Program-made: the position numbers and the translations under genes
Notes under the pieces: generated by a model
Told to the model about the DNA's origin: nothing
Databases searched by the model: none
The model's input: only the letters and a program-made list of their open reading frames with translations
Shown here: positions 16,401 through 33,200 of the stretch, piece by piece
Numbering within the stretch: the stretch's first letter is position 1
How the letters are laid out: every line of letters starts with the position of its first letter
NCBI GenBank assembly: GCA_964016885.1
Contig: OZ024741.1
Span: forward strand, 1,798,001-1,862,000
DNA from: Eledone cirrhosa
Lineage: Eukaryota
Length of the DNA stretch: 64,000 nucleotides
Direction of reading: 5' to 3'

Positions 16401-19400
16401 ATATATAGTTTATAGACTGGTGTTACCTGTCCTGGGTATATTGGTATATAGTATATAGACTGGTGTTACCTCTCCTGGGTATATTGGTATATACTATATA
16501 GACTGGTGTTACCTGTCCTGGGTATATTGGTATATAGTATATAGACTGGTGTTACCTCTCCCTTTTATATTGGTATATAGTATATAGACTGGTGTTTCCT
16601 GACCTGGGTACATTGGTATATAGTATATAGACAGGTGTTACCTCTCCTGGGTATATTGGTATATAGTATATAGACAGGTGTTACTTCTCCTGGGTATATT
16701 GTTATATACTATATAGCCTGGTGTTACATGTCCTGGGTATATTGGTATACAGTATATAGACTGGTGTTACTTCTCCTGGCTATATTGGTATATAGTATAT
16801 AGCCTGGTGTTACCTGTCCTGGATATATTGGTATATAGTATATAGACTGGTGTTACCTGTCCTGGGTATATTGGTATATAGTATATAGACTTGTGTTACC
16901 TCTCCTGGGTATATTGGTATATAGTATATAGACTGGCGTTACCTGTCCTGGGTATATTGGTATATAGTATATAGTCTGGTGTTACCTGTCCTGGGTATAT
17001 TGATATATAGTGTATAGAGAGGTGTTACCTGTCCTGGGTATATTGGTATATAGTATATAGACTGGTGTTACCCACTCCTTGGTAAATTGGTATATAGTAT
17101 ATTGACTGGTGTTACCTCTCCCCGGTATATTGGTATATAGTATATACACTGGTGTTACCTGTCCTGGTTATATTGGTATATAGTATATAGTCTGGTGTTA
17201 CCTCTCCGGGGTATATTGGTATATAGTATATAGACTGGTGTTACCTGTCCTGGGTATATTGGTATATAGTATATAGACAGTTGTTCCTTCTCCCTGGTAT
17301 ATTTTAGTATATAGTATATAGACTGGTGTTACCTCTGTGGATATATTGGTATATAGTATATAGACTGGTGTTATATTCTCCTGCGTATATTGGTTTATAG
17401 TATATAGACTGCTGTTACCTGTCCTGGGTATATTGGTATATAGTAGAAAAACTAGTGTTACCACTCCTGGGTATATTGGTATATAGTATATAGACTGGTT
17501 TACCTCTCCTGGGTATATTGGTATATACTAGAAAAACTGGTGTTACCTCTCTTGGGTATATTGGTATATAGTATATAGACTGGTGTTACCTCGCCTGGGT
17601 ATGTTGGTATATAGTATATAGACTGGTGTTACCTCTCTTGGGTATATTGGTATATAGTATATCGACTTGTGTTACCTCTACTGGGTATATTGGTATATAG
17701 TATATAGACTGGTGTTACCTGTCCTGGGTATATTGGTATGTAGTATATAGACTTGTGTTACCTGTCCTGGGTATATTGGTATATAGTATATAGACTGGTA
17801 TAACCTCTCCAGGGTATTATGTTATATAGTATATAGACTGGTGTTACCTCCCCATTGGTTATATTGGTATATTGTTTATAGACTGGTGTTAACTGTCCTG
17901 TGTATATTCGTATATAGTATATAGACTGGTGTTACCTATCCTGGCTATATTGGTATATAGTATATAGACTTGTGTTACCTCTCCCTGGTATATTGGTATA
18001 TAGTATATAGACTGGTTTTACCCTGTCCTGGGTATATTGGTATATAGTATATAGACTGGTGTTACCTGTCCTGGGTATATTGGTATATAGTATATAGACT
18101 GGTGTTACCTGTCCTGGGTATATTGGTATATAGTATATAGACTTGTGTTACCCTGTCCTGGGTATATTGTTATATAGTATATAGACTGGTGTTACCTGTC
18201 CTGGGTATATTGGTATATAGTATATAGACTGGTGTTACCTCTCGTGGGTATATTGGCATATAGTATATAGACTGGTGTTACTTGTCCTGGGTATATTGGT
18301 ATATAGTATATAGACTGGTATTACCTCTCCTGGGTATATTGGTATATAGTATATAGACTGGTGTTACCTCTCTTGGGTATATCGGTATATAGTATATAGA
18401 CTGGTGTTACCTGTACTGGGTATATTGCTATATAGTATATAGACTGGTGTTACCTTTCCCAGGTATATTGGTATATAGTTTATAGACAGGTGTTACCTCT
18501 CCAGCGTATATTGATATATAGTATATAGACTGGTCTTACCTGCCCTGGGTATATTGGTATATAGTATATAGACTGGTTTTTCCTCTCCTGGGTATATTGG
18601 TATATAGCATATAGACAGGTGTTACCTCTCACAGGTATATTGGTATATAGTATATAGACTGGTATTACCTGTCCTGGGTATATTGGTATATAGTATATAG
18701 GCTGGTGTAACCTGTCCTGGGTATATTGGTATATAGTATATAGACAGGTGTTACCTCTCCTGGGTATATTGGTATACAGTATATAGACTGGTGTTACCTC
18801 TCCTGGTTATATTGGTATATAGTTTATAGACTGGTGTTACCTGTACTGGGTATATTCGTATATAGTATATATACTGGTGTTACATATCCTGGCAATATTG
18901 GTATATAGTATATAGACTTGTGTTACCTCTCCCTGGTATATTGGTATATAGTATATAGACTGGTGTTACCCCGTACTGGGTTCATTGGTATATAGTATAT
19001 AGACTGGTGTTACCTCTCTTGGGTATAATAGTATATAGTATATAGATTGGTGTTACCTGTCCTGGGTATATTGGTATATAGTATATAGAGAGGTGTTACC
19101 TGTCCTGGGTATATTGGTATATAGTATATAGAATGGTGTTACCCAGTCCTTGGTATATTGGTATATAGTATATTGACTGGTGTTACCACTCCCCGCTATA
19201 TTGGTATATAGTATATAGACTGGTGTTACCTGTCCTGGCTATATTGGTATATAGTATATAGACAGTTGTTCCTTCTCCCTGGTATATTTTAGTATATAGT
19301 ATATAGACTGGTGTTACCTCTATGGGTATATCGGTATATACAATATAGAATGGTGTTACCTCTCCTGGGTATATTGGTATATTTTATATTGACTGGTGTT

Positions 19401-21290
19401 ACCTGTTCTGGGTATATTGGTATATACTATGTAGACTGGTGTTACCTGTCCTGGGTATATTGCTATATAGTATATAGACTGGTGTTACCTCTCCTGGGTA
19501 TATTGGTATATAATATATAGACCTGTGTTACCTATCCTGGGTATATTGGTATATAGTATATAGACTGGTGTTACCCTGTCCTGGGTATATTGGTATATAG
19601 TATATATACTGGTGTTACCTCTCCTGGATACATTAGTATATAGTATATAGTCTGGTGTTACCTGTCCTGGGTATATTGGTATATAGTATATAGACTGGTG
19701 TTACCTCTCCCTGATATATTGGTATATAGTATATAGTATATAGACTGGTGTTACCTGTCCTGGGTATATTGGAATATAGTATATTAGCTGGTGATATCTG
19801 TCCTGGGTATATTGGTATATAGTATATAGACTGGTGTTACCTGTCCTGGGTATATTGGTATAAGGTATATAGACTCGTTTTATATGTCCTGGGTATATTG
19901 GTATATAGTATATAGACAGGTGTTACCTCTCCTGGGTATATTGGTATATAGTACATAGACTGGTGTTACCTGTCCTGGGTATATTGATATATAGTATATA
20001 GACAGGTGTTACCTCTCCTGGGTATATTGGTATATAGTATATAGACAGGTGTTACCTCTCCTGGGTATATTGGTATATACTATATAGCCTGGTGTTACAT
20101 GTCCTGGGTATATTGTTATATATTATATAGACTGGTGCTACCTGTCCTGTATATATTGGTATATAGTACATAGACGGGTGTTACCTGTCCTGGGTATATT
20201 GGTATATAATATATAGAGTGGTGTTACCTCTCCTGGGTATATTGGTATATATTATATAGACTGCTGTTACCTATCCAGGGTATATTGGTATATAGTATAT
20301 AGACAGCTGTTACACGACCCTGGTATATTCGTATATAGTATATAGACTGGTGTTACCTGTCCTGGATATATTGATATATAGTATATAGACTGTTGTTACC
20401 TGTCCTGGGTATATTGGTATATAGTATATAGACTGGTGTTACCTCTCCTGGGTATATTGCTATATACTATATAGACTGGTGTTACCTGTCCTGGGTATAT
20501 TGGTATATAGTATATAGACTGGTGTTACCTCTCCCTTTTATATTGGTATATAGTATATAGACTGGTGTTACCTCTCCTGGGTATATTGGTATATAGTATA
20601 TAGACAGGTGTTACTTCTCCTGGGTATATTGTTATATACTATATAGCCTGGTGTTACATGTCCTGGGTATATTGGTATACAGTATATAGACTGGTGTTAC
20701 TTCTCCTGGCTATATTGGTATATAGTATATAGACTGGTGTTACCTGTCCTGGATATATTGGTATATAGTATATAGACTGGTGTTACCTGTCCTGGGTATA
20801 TTGGTATATAGTATATAGACTTGTGTTACCTCTCCTTGGTATATTGGTATATAGTATATAGACTGGTGTTACCTGTCCTGGGTATATTGGTATATAGTAT
20901 ATAGTCTGGTGTTACCTGTCCTGGGTATATTGGTATATAGTGTATAGAGAGGTGTTACCTGTCCTGGGTATATTGGTATATAGTATATAGACTGGTGTTA
21001 CCCACTCCTTGGTAAATTGGTATATAGTATATTGACTGGTGTTACCTCTATCCGGTATATTGGTATATAGTATATACACTGGTGTTACCTGTCCTGGTTA
21101 TATTGGTATATAGTATATAGTCTGGTGTTACCTGTCCGGGGTATATTGGTATATAGTATATAGACTGGTGTTACCTGTCCTGGGTATATTGGTATATAGT
21201 ATATAGACAGTTGTTCCTTCTCCCTGGTATATTTTAGTATATAGTATATAGACTGGTGTTACCTCTGTGGGTATATTGGTATATACTATA
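13430..21290. repeat. ~4.1-kb tandem duplication of ~95 monomers within the satellite
   Basis: CTAGAAAAACTGG marker at 13470 and 17528 (+4058). Near-identical spurious ORF starts at 15123/19311 (+4188). Offsets differ by about whole monomers. Confidence 0.8.
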
Positions 21291-24200
21291 TAGACTTGTG
21301 TTTCCTCTCCTGGGTATATTGGTATATACTATATAGACTGGTGTTACCTATCCTGGGTATATTGGTATATAGTATATAGACTGGTGGTACCCTGTCCTGG
21401 GTATATTGGTATATAGTATATAGACTGGTGTTACCTCTCCTGGATACATTGGTATATAGTATATAGTCTGGTGTTACATGTCCTGGGTATATTGGTATAT
21501 AGTACATAGACATGTGTTACCTCACCTGGGTATATTGGTATATAGTATATAGACTGGTGTTACCTCTCCCTGGTATATTGGTATATAGTATATAGTATAT
21601 AGACTGGTGTTACCTGTCCTGGGTATATCGGTATATAGTATATCAGCTGGTGATACCTGTCCTGGGTATATTGGTATATAGTATATAGACTGGTGTTACC
21701 TGTCCTGGGTATATTGGTGTATGTTATATAGACTGGTTTTACCTGTCCTGGGTATATTGGTATATAGTATATAGACAGGTGTTACCTCTCCTGGGTATAT
21801 TGGTATATAGTATATAGACTGGTGTTACCTGTCCTGGGTATATTGATATATAGTATATAGACATGTCTTACCTCTCCTCGGCATATTGGTATATAGTATA
21901 TAGCCTGGTGTTACATGTCCTGGGTATATTGGTATATACTATATAGACTGGTGTTACCTGTTCTGGATATATTGGTATATAGTATATAGACTGGGGTTAC
22001 CTGTCCTGGGTATATTGGTATATAGTATATAGAGTGGTGTTACCTCTCCTCGGTATATTGGTATATAGTACATAGACTGCTGTTACCCGACCCTGGTATA
22101 TTCGTATATAGTATATAGACTGGTGTTACCTCTCCTGGGTATATTGGTATATACTATATAGACTGGTGTTACCTGTCCTGGGTATATTGGTATATAGTAT
22201 ATAGACTGGTGTTACCTGTCCTGGGTATATTGTTATATTGGTATATAGTATATAGACTGGTGTTACCTCTTCCTTTTATATTGGTATATAGTATATAGAC
22301 TGGTGTTACCTGTCCTGGGTACATTGGTATATAGTATATAGACAGGTGTTACCTCTCCTGGGTATATTGGTATATAGTATATAGACAGGTGTTACTTCTC
22401 CTGGGTATATTGTTATATACTATATAGCCTGGTGTTACATGTCCTGGGTATATTGGTATGCAGTATAAAGACTGGTGTTACTTCTCCTGGCTATATTGGT
22501 ATATAGTATAAAGACTGGTGTTACCTGTCCTGGATATATTGGTATATAGTATATAGACTGGTGTTACCTCTCCTGGGTATATTGGTATATAGTATATAGA
22601 CAGGTGTTATCTCTCCTGGGTATATTGGTATATACTATATAGCCTGGTGTTACATGTCCTGGGTATATTGTTATATATTATATAGACTGGTGTTACCTGT
22701 CCTGGATATATTGGTATATAGTATATAGACTGGTGTTACCTGTCCTAGGTATATTGCTATATAGTATATAGACTGGTGTTACCTCTCCTGGGTATATTGG
22801 TATATACTATATAGACTGGTGTTACCTGTCCTGGGTATATTGGTATATAGTATATAGACTGGTGTTACCTGTCCTGGGTATATTGGTATATTGGTATATA
22901 GTATATAGACTGGTGTTACCTCTCCCTTTTATATTGGTATATAGTATATAGACTGGTGTTACCTGTCCTGGGTACATTGGTATATATCATATAGACAGGT
23001 GTTACCTCTCCTGGGTATATTGGTATACAGTATATAGACAGGTGTTACTTCTCCTGGGTGTATTGTTATATACTATATAGCCTGGTGTTACATGTCCTGG
23101 GTATATTGGTATATAGTATATAGAGAGGTGTTACCTGTCCTGGGTATATTGGTATATAGTATATAGACTGGTGTTACCCAGTCCTTGGTATATTGGTATA
23201 TAGTATATTGACTGGTGTTACCTCTCCCCGGTATATTGGTATATAGTATATACACTGGTGTTACCTGTCCTGGTTATATTGGTATATAGTATATAGTCTG
23301 GTGTTACCTGTCCTGGGTATATTGGTATATAGTATATAGACTGGTGTTACCTGTCCAGGGTATATTGGTATATAGTATATAGACAGTTGTTCCTTCTCCC
23401 TGGTATATTTGAGTATATAGTATATAGACTGGTGTTACCTCTGTGGGTATATTGGTATATACTATATAGACTGGTATATTTTATATTGACTGGTGTTACC
23501 TGTTCTGGGTATAAGGGTATATAGTATAAAGACTTGTGTTTCCTCTCGTGGGTATATTGGTATATAATATATAGACTCGTGTTATCTCTCCTGGGTATAT
23601 TGGTATATAGTATATAGACTGGTGTTACCTCTCCTGGGTATATTGGTATATAGTATATCGACTGATGTTACCTGTCCTGGGTATATTGGTATATAGTATA
23701 TAGACTGGTGTTACCTGTCCTGGGTATATTGGTATATAGTATATAGACTGGTGTTACCTCTCCTGGGTATATTGGTATATACTATATAGACTGGTGTTAC
23801 CTCTCCTGGGTATATTGGTATATACTATATAGACTGGTGTTACCTATCCTGGGTACATTGGTATATAGTATATAGACTGGTGTTACCCTGTCCTGAGTAT
23901 ATTGGTATATAGTACATAGACATGTGTTACCTCACCTGGCTATATTGGTATATAGTATATAGACTGGTGTTACCTCTCCCTAGTATATTGGTATATAGTA
24001 TATAGTATATAGACTGGTGTTACCTGTCCTGGGTATATTGGTATATAGTATATTAGCTGATGATACCTGTACTGGGTATATTGGTATATAGTATATAGAC
24101 TGGTGTTACCTGTCCTGGGTATATTGGTATATGGTATATAGACTGGTTTTACCTGTCTGGGTATATTGGTATCTAGTATATAGACAGGTGTTACCTCTCC

Positions 24201-27200
24201 TGGGTATATTGGTATATAGTATATAGACTGGTGTTACCTGTCCTGGGTATATTGATATATAGTATATAGACAGGAGTTACCTCTCCTGGGTATATTGGTA
24301 TATAGTATATAGACAGGTGTTACCTCTCCTGGGTATATTGGTATATACTATATAGCCTGGTGTTACATGTCCTGGGTATACTGTTATATATTATATAGAC
24401 TGGTGTTACCTGTCCTGGATATATTGGTATATAGTATATAGACTGGGGTTACCTGTCCTGGGTATATTGGTATATAGTATATAGAGTGGTTGTACCTCTC
24501 CTGGGTATATTGGTATATAGTATATAGACGGCTGTTACCTTTCCTGGGTATATTGGTATATAGTATATAGACTGCTGTTACCCGACCCTGGTATATTCGT
24601 ATATAGTATATAGACTGGTGTTACCTGTCCTGGATATATTGGTATATAGTATATAGACTGGTGTTACCTGTCCTGGGTATATTGGTATATACTATATAGA
24701 CTGGTGTTACCTGTCCTGGGTATATTGGTATATAGTATATAGAGTGGTGTTACCTGTCCTGGGTATATTGTTATATTGGTATATAGTATATAGACTGGTG
24801 TTACCTCTCCCTTTTATATTGGTATATAGTATATAGACTGGTGTTACCTGTCCTGGGTACATTGGTGTATAGTATATAGACAGGTGTTACCTCTCCTGGG
24901 TATATTGGTATATAGTACATAGACAGGTGTTACTTCTCCTGGGTATATTGTTATATGCTATATAGCCTGGTGTTACATGTCCTGGGTATATTGGTATACA
25001 GTATATAGACTGGTGTTACTTCTCCTGGCTATATTGTTATATAGTATATAGACTGGTGTTACCTGTCCTGGATATATTGGTATATAGTATATAGACTGGT
25101 GTTACCTGTCCTGGGTATATTGGTATATAGTATATAGACTCGTGTTACCTCTCATGGGTATATTGGTATATAGTATATAGACTGGTGTTACCTGTCCTGG
25201 GTATATTGGTATATAGTACATAGTCTGGTGTTACCTCTCCTGGGTATATTGGTATATACTATATAGACTGGTGTTACCTGTCCTGGGTATATTGGTATAT
25301 AGTATATAGACTGGTGTTACCTCTCCCTTTTATATTGGTATATAGTATATAGACTGCTGTTAACCGACCCTGGTATATTCGTATATAGTATATAGACTGG
25401 TGTTACCTGTCCTGGATATATTGGTATATAGTATATAGACTGGTGTTACCTGTCCTGGGTATATTGGTATATAGTATATAGACTGGTGTTACCTCTCCTG
25501 GGTATATTGGTATATAGTATATAGACAGGTGTTACTTCTCCTGGGTATATTGTTATATACTATATAGCCTGGTGTTACATGTCCTGGGTATATTGGTATA
25601 CAGTATAAAGTCTGGTGTTACTTCTCCTGGCTATATTGGTATATAGTATATAGACTGGTGTTACCTGTCCTGGATATATTGGTATATATTATATAGACTG
25701 GTGTTACCTCTCCTGGGTATATTGGTTTATAGTATATAGACAGGTGTTATCTCTCCTGGGTATATTGGTATATACTATATAGCCTGGTGTTACCTGTCCT
25801 GGGTATATTGTTATATATTATATAGACTGGTGTTACCTGTCCTGGATATATTGGTATATAGTATATAGACTGGTGTTACCTGTCCTAGGTATATTGGTAT
25901 ATAGTATATAGACTGGTGTTACCTCCCCTGGGTATATTGGTATATACTATATAGACTGGTGTTACCTGTCCTGGGTATATTGGTATATAGTATATAGACT
26001 GGTGTTACCTGTCCTGGGTATATTGGTATATTGGTATATTATATATAGACTGGTGTTACCTCTCCCTTTTATATTGGTATATAGTATATAGACTGGTGTT
26101 ATCTGTCCTGGGTACATTGGTATATATTATATAGACAGGTGTTACCTCTCCTGGGTATATTGGTATACAGTATATAGACAGGTGTTACTTCTCCTGGGTA
26201 TATTGTTATATACTATATAGCCTGGTGTTACATGTCCTGGGTATATTGGTATATAGTATATAGAGAGGTATTACCTGTCCTGGGTATATTGGTATATAGT
26301 ATATAGACTGGTGTTACCTCTCCCCGGTATATTGGTATATAGTATATACACTGGTGTTACCTGTCCTGGTTATATTGGTATATAGTATATAGTCTGGTGT
26401 TACCTGTCCTGGGTATATTGGTATATAGTATATAGACTGGTGTTACCTGTCCTGGGTATATTGGTATATAGTATATAGACTGGTGTTACCTCTCCTGGGT
26501 ATATTGGTATATAGTATATAGACAGGTGTTACTTCTGGGTATATTGTTATATACTATATAGCCTGGTGTTACCTGTCCTGGTCATATTGGTATATAGTAT
26601 ATAGTCTCGTTTTACATGTCCTGGGTATATTGGTATATAGTATATAGACTGGTGTTACCTGTCCTGGGTATATTGGTATATAGTATATAGACTGGTGTTA
26701 CCTCTCCTGGGTATATTGGTATATAGTATATAGACTGGTGTTACTTCTCCTGGCTATATTCGTATATAGTATATAGACTGGTGTTACCTGTTCTGGATAT
26801 ATTGGTATATAGTATATAGACTGGTGTTACCTGTCCTGGGTATATTGGTATATAGTATATAGACTGGTGTTACCTCTCCTGGGTATATTGGTATATAGTA
26901 TATAGACTGGTGTTACCTGTCCAGGGTATATTGGTATATAGTATATAGACAGTTGTTCCTTCTCCCTGGTATATTTTAGTATATAGTATATAGACTGGTG
27001 TTACCTCTGTGGGTTTATTGGTATATACTATATAGACTGGTATATTTTATATTGACTGGTGTTACCTGTTCTGGGTATAAGGGTATATAGTATAAAGACT
27101 TGTTTTTCCTCTCGTGGGTATATTGGTATATAATATATAGACTCGTGTTATCTCTCCTGGGTATATTGGTATATAGTATATAGAGTGGTGTTTCCTCTCC

Positions 27201-30200
27201 TGGGTATATTGGTATATAGTATATAGACTGGTGTTACCTGTCCTGGGTATATTGGTATATAGTATATAGACTGGTGTTACTTGTCCTGGGTATATTGGTA
27301 TATAGTATATAGACTGGTATTACCTCTCCTGGGTATATTGGTATATAGTATATAGACTGGTGTTACCTCTCTTGGGTATATCGGTATATAGTATATAGAC
27401 TGGTGTTACCTGTACTGGGTATATTGCTATATAGTATATAGACTGGTGTTACCTTTCCCAGGTATATTGGTATATAGTATATAGACAGGTGTTACCTCTC
27501 CAGCGTATATTGATATATAGTATATAGACTGGTCTTACCTGCCCTGGGTATATTGGTATATAGTATATAGACTGGTTTTTCCTCTCCTGGGTATATTGGT
27601 ATATAGTAAATAGACAGGTGTTACCTCTCACAGGTATATTGGTATATAGTATATAGACAGGTGTTACCTCTCCTGGGTATATTGGTATATAGTATATAGA
27701 CTGGTGTTACCTTTCCTGGTTATATTGGTATATAGTTTATAGACTGGTGTTACCTGTACTGGGTATATTCGTATATAGTATATATACTGGTGTTACATAT
27801 CCTGGCAATATTGGTATATAGTATATAGACTTGTGTTACCTCTCCCTGGTATATTGGTATATAGTATATAGACTGGTGTTACCCCGTACTGGGTTCATTG
27901 GTATATAGTATATAGACTGGTGTTACCTCTCTTGGGTATAATAGTATATAGTATATAGACTGGTGTTACCTGTCCTGGGTATATTGGTATATAGTATATA
28001 GAGAGGTGTTACCTGTCCTGGGTATATTGGTATATAGTATATAGAATGGTGTTACCCAGTCCTTGGTATATTGGTATATAGTATATTGACTGGTGTTACC
28101 ACTCCCCGCTATATTGGTATATAGTATATAGACTGGTGTTACCTGTCCTGGCTATATTGGTATATAGTATATAGACAGTTGTTCCTTCTCCCTGGTATAT
28201 TTTAGTATATAGTATATAGACTGGTGTTACCTCTATGGGTATATCGGTATATACAATATAGAATGGTGTTACCTCTCCTGGGTATATTGGTATATTTTAT
28301 ATTGACTGGTGTTACCTGTTCTGGGTATAAGGGTATATGGTATAAAGACTTGTGTTTCCTCTCGTGGGTATATTGGTATATAATATATAGACTCGTGTTA
28401 TCTCTCCTGGGTATATGGGTATATAGTATATAGACTGCTGTTACCTCTCCTGGGTATATTGGTATATAGTATATCGACTGGTGTTACATGTCCTGGGTAT
28501 ATTGGTATATATAATGTAGACTGGTGTTACCTGTCCTGGGTATATTGCTATATAGTATATAGACTGGTGTTACCTCTCCTGGGTATATTGGTATACACTA
28601 TATAGACCTGTGTTACCTATCCTGGGTATATTGGTATATAGTATATAGACTGGTGTTACCCTGTCCTGGGTATATTGATATATAGTATATAGACTGGTGT
28701 TACCTCTCCTGGATACATTAGTATATAGTATATAGTCTGGTGTTACCTGTCCTGGGTATATTGGTATATAGTACATAGACAGGTGTTACCTCACCTGGGT
28801 ATATTGGTATATAGTATATAGACTGGTGTTACCTCTCCCTGATATATTGGTATATAGTATATAGTATATAGACTGGTGTTACCTGTCCTGGGTATATTGG
28901 AATATAGTATATTAGCTGGTGATATCTGTCCTGGGTATATTGGTATATAGTATATAGACTGGTGTTACCTGTCCTGGGTATATTGGTATAAGGTATATAG
29001 ACTCGTTTTACATGTCCTGGGTATATTGGTATATAGTATATAGACAGGTGTTACCTCTCCTGGGTATATTGGTATATAGTACATAGACTGGTGTTACCTG
29101 TCCTGGGTATATTGATATATAGTATATAGACAGGTGTTACCTCTCCTGGGTATATTGGTATATAGTATATAGACAGGTGTTACCTCTCCTGCGTATATTG
29201 GTATATACTATATAGCCTGGTGTTACATGTCCTGGGTATATTGTTATATATTATATAGACTGGTGTTACCTGTCCTGTATATATTGGTATATAGTATATA
29301 GACGGGGGTTACCTGTCCTGGGTATATTGGTATATAATATATAGAGTGGTGTTACCTCTCCTGGGTATATTGGTATATATTATATAGACTGCTGTTACCT
29401 ATCCAGGGTATATTGGTATATAGTATATAGACTGCTGTTACCCGACCCTGGTATATTCGTATATAGTATATAGACTGGTGTTACCTGTCCTGGATATATT
29501 GATATATAGTTTATAGACTGGTGTTACCTGTCCTGGGTATATTGGTATATAGTATATAGACTGGTGTTACCTCTCCTGGGTATATTGGTATATACTATAT
29601 AGACTGGTGTTACCTGTCCTGGGTATATTGGTATATAGTATATAGACTGGTGTTACCTCTCCCTTTTATATTGGTATATAGTATATAGACTGGTGTTTCC
29701 TGACCTGGGTACATTGGTATATAGTATATAGACAGGTGTTACCTCTCCTGGGTATATTGGTATATAGTATATAGACAGGTGTTACTTCTCCTGGGTATAT
29801 TGTTATATACTATATAGCCTGGTGTTACATGTCCTGGGTATATTGGTATACAGTATATAGACTGGTGTTACTTCTCCTGGCTATATTGGTATATAGTATA
29901 TAGACTGGTGTTACCTGTCCTGGATATATTGGTATATAGTATATAGACTGGTGTTACCTGTCCTGGGTATATTGGTATATAGTATATAGACTTGTGTTAC
30001 CTCTCCTGGGTATATTGGTATATAGTATATAGACTGGCGTTACCTGTCCTGGGTATATTGGTATATAGTATATAGTCTGGTGTTACCTGTCCTGGGTATA
30101 TTGATATATAGTGTATAGAGAGGTGTTACCAGTCCTGGGTATATTGGTATATAGTATATAGACTGGTGTTACCCACTCCTTGGTAAATTGGTATATAGTA

Positions 30201-33200
30201 TATTGACTGGTGTTACCTCTCCCCGGTATATTGGTATATAGTATATACACTGGTGTTACCTGTCCTGGTTATATTGGTATATAGTATATAGTCTGGTGTT
30301 ACCTGTCCGGGGTATATTGGTATATAGTATATAGACTGGTGTTACCTGTCCTGGGTATATTGGTATATAGTATATAGACAGTTGTTCCTTCTCCCTGGTA
30401 TATTTTAGTATATAGTATATAGACTGGTGTTACCTCTGTGGATATATTGGTATATAGTATATAGACTGGTGTTATATTCTCCTGCGTATATTGGTTTATA
30501 GTATATAGACTGCTGTTACCTGTCCTGGGTATATTGGTATATAGTAGAAAAACTGGTGTTACCACTCCTGGGTATATTGGTATATAGTATATAGACTGGT
30601 TTACCTCTCCTGGGTATATTGGTATATACTAGAAAAACTGGTGTTACCTCTCTTGGGTATATTGGTATATAGTATATAGACTGGTGTTACCTCGCCTGGG
30701 TATGTTGGTATATAGTATATAGACTGGTGTTACCTCTCTTGGGTATATTGGTATATAGTATATCGACTTGTGTTACCTCTACTGGGTATATTGGTATATA
30801 GTATATAGACTGGTGTTACCTGTCCTGGGTATATTGGTATGTAGTATATAGACTTGTGTTACCTGTCCTGGGTATATTGGTATATAGTATATAGACTGGT
30901 ATAACCTCTCCAGGGTATTATGTTATATAGTATATAGACTGGTGTTACCTCCCCATTGGTTATATTGGTATATTGTTTATAGACTGGTGTTAACTGTCCT
31001 GTGTATATTCGTATATAGTATATAGACTGGTGTTACCTATCCTGGCTATATTGGTATATAGTATATAGACTTGTGTTACCTCTCCCTGGTATATTGGTAT
31101 ATAGTATATAGACTGGTTTTACCCTGTCCTGGGTATATTGGTATATAGTATATAGACTGGTGTTACCTGTCCTGGGTATATTGGTATATAGTATATAGAC
31201 TGGTGTTACCTATCCTGGGTATATTGGTATATAGTATATAGACTTGTGTTACCCTGTCCTGGGTATATTGTTATATAGTATATAGACTGGTGTTACCTGT
31301 CCTGGGTATATTGGTATATAGTATATAGACTGGTGTTACCTCTCGTGGGTATATTGGCATATAGTATATAGACTGGTGTTACTTGTCCTGGGTATATTGG
31401 TATATAGTATATAGACTGGTATTACCTCTCCTGGGTATATTGGTATATAGTATATAGACTGGTGTTACCTCTCTTGGGTATATCGGTATATAGTATATAG
31501 ACTGGTGTTACCTGTACTGGGTATATTGCTATATAGTATATAGACTGGTGTTACCTTTCCCAGGTATATTGGTATATAGTATATAGACAGGTGTTACCTC
31601 TCCAGCGTATATTGATATATAGTATATAGACTGGTCTTACCTGCCCTGGGTATATTGGTATATAGTATATAGACTGGTTTTTCCTCTCCTGGGTATATTG
31701 GTATATAGCATATAGACAGATGTTACCTCTCACAGGTATATTGGTATATAGTATATAGACTGGTATTACCTGTCCTGGGTATATTGGTATATAGTATATA
31801 GGCTGGTGTAACCTGTCCTGGGTATATTGGTATATAGTATATAGACAGGTGTTACCTCTCCTGGGTATATTGGTATACAGTATATAGACTGGTGTTACCT
31901 CTCCTGGTTATATTGGTATATAGTTTATAGACTGGTGTTACCTGTACTGGGTATATTCGTATATAGTATATATACTGGTGTTACATATCCTGGCAATATT
32001 GGTATATAGTATATAGACTTGTGTTACCTCTCCCTGGTATATTGGTATATAGTATATAGACTGGTGTTACCCCGTACTGGGTTCATTGGTATATAGTATA
32101 TAGACTGGTGTTACCTCTCTTGGGTATAATAGTATATAGTATATAGATTGGTGTTACCTGTCCTGGGTATATTGGTATATAGTATATAGAGAGGTGTTAC
32201 CTGTCCTGGGTATATTGGTATATAGTATATAGAATGGTGTTACCCAGTCCTTGGTATATTGGTATATAGTATATTGACTGGTGTTACCACTCCCCGCTAT
32301 ATTGGTATATAGTATATAGACTGGTGTTACCTGTCCTGGCTATATTGGTATATAGTATATAGACAGTTGTTCCTTCTCCCTGGTATATTTTAGTATATAG
32401 TATATAGACTGGTGTTACCTCTATGGGTATATCGGTATATACAATATAGAATGGTGTTACCTCTCCTGGGTATATTGGTATATTTTATATTGACTGGTGT
32501 TACCTGTTCTGGGTATATTGGTATATACTATGTAGACTGGTGTTACCTGTCCTGGGTATATTGCTATATAGTATATAGACTGGTGTTACCTCTCCTGGGT
32601 ATATTGGTATATAATATATAGACCTGTGTTACCTATCCTGGGTATATTGGTATATAGTATATAGACTGGTGTTACCCTGTCCTGGGTATATTGGTATATA
32701 GTATATAGACTGGTGTTACCTCTCCTGGATACATTAGTATATAGTATATAGTCTGGTGTTACCTGTCCTGGGTATATTGGTATATAGTATATAGACTGGT
32801 GTTACCTCTCCCTGATATATTGGTATATAGTATATAGTATATAGACTGGTGTTACCTGTCCTGGGTATATTGGAATATAGTATATTAGCTGGTGATATCT
32901 GTCCTGGGTATATTGGTATATAGTATATAGACTGGTGTTACCTGTCCTGGGTATATTGGTATAAGGTATATAGACTCGTTTTACATGTCCTGGGTATATT
33001 GGTATATAGTATATAGACAGGTGTTACCTCTCCTGGGTATATTGGTATATAGTACATAGACTGGTGTTACCTGTCCTGGGTATATTGATATATAGTATAT
33101 AGACAGGTGTTACCTCTCCTGGGTATATTGGTATATAGTATATAGACAGGTGTTACCTCTCCTGGGTATATTGGTATATACTATATAGCCTGGTGTTACA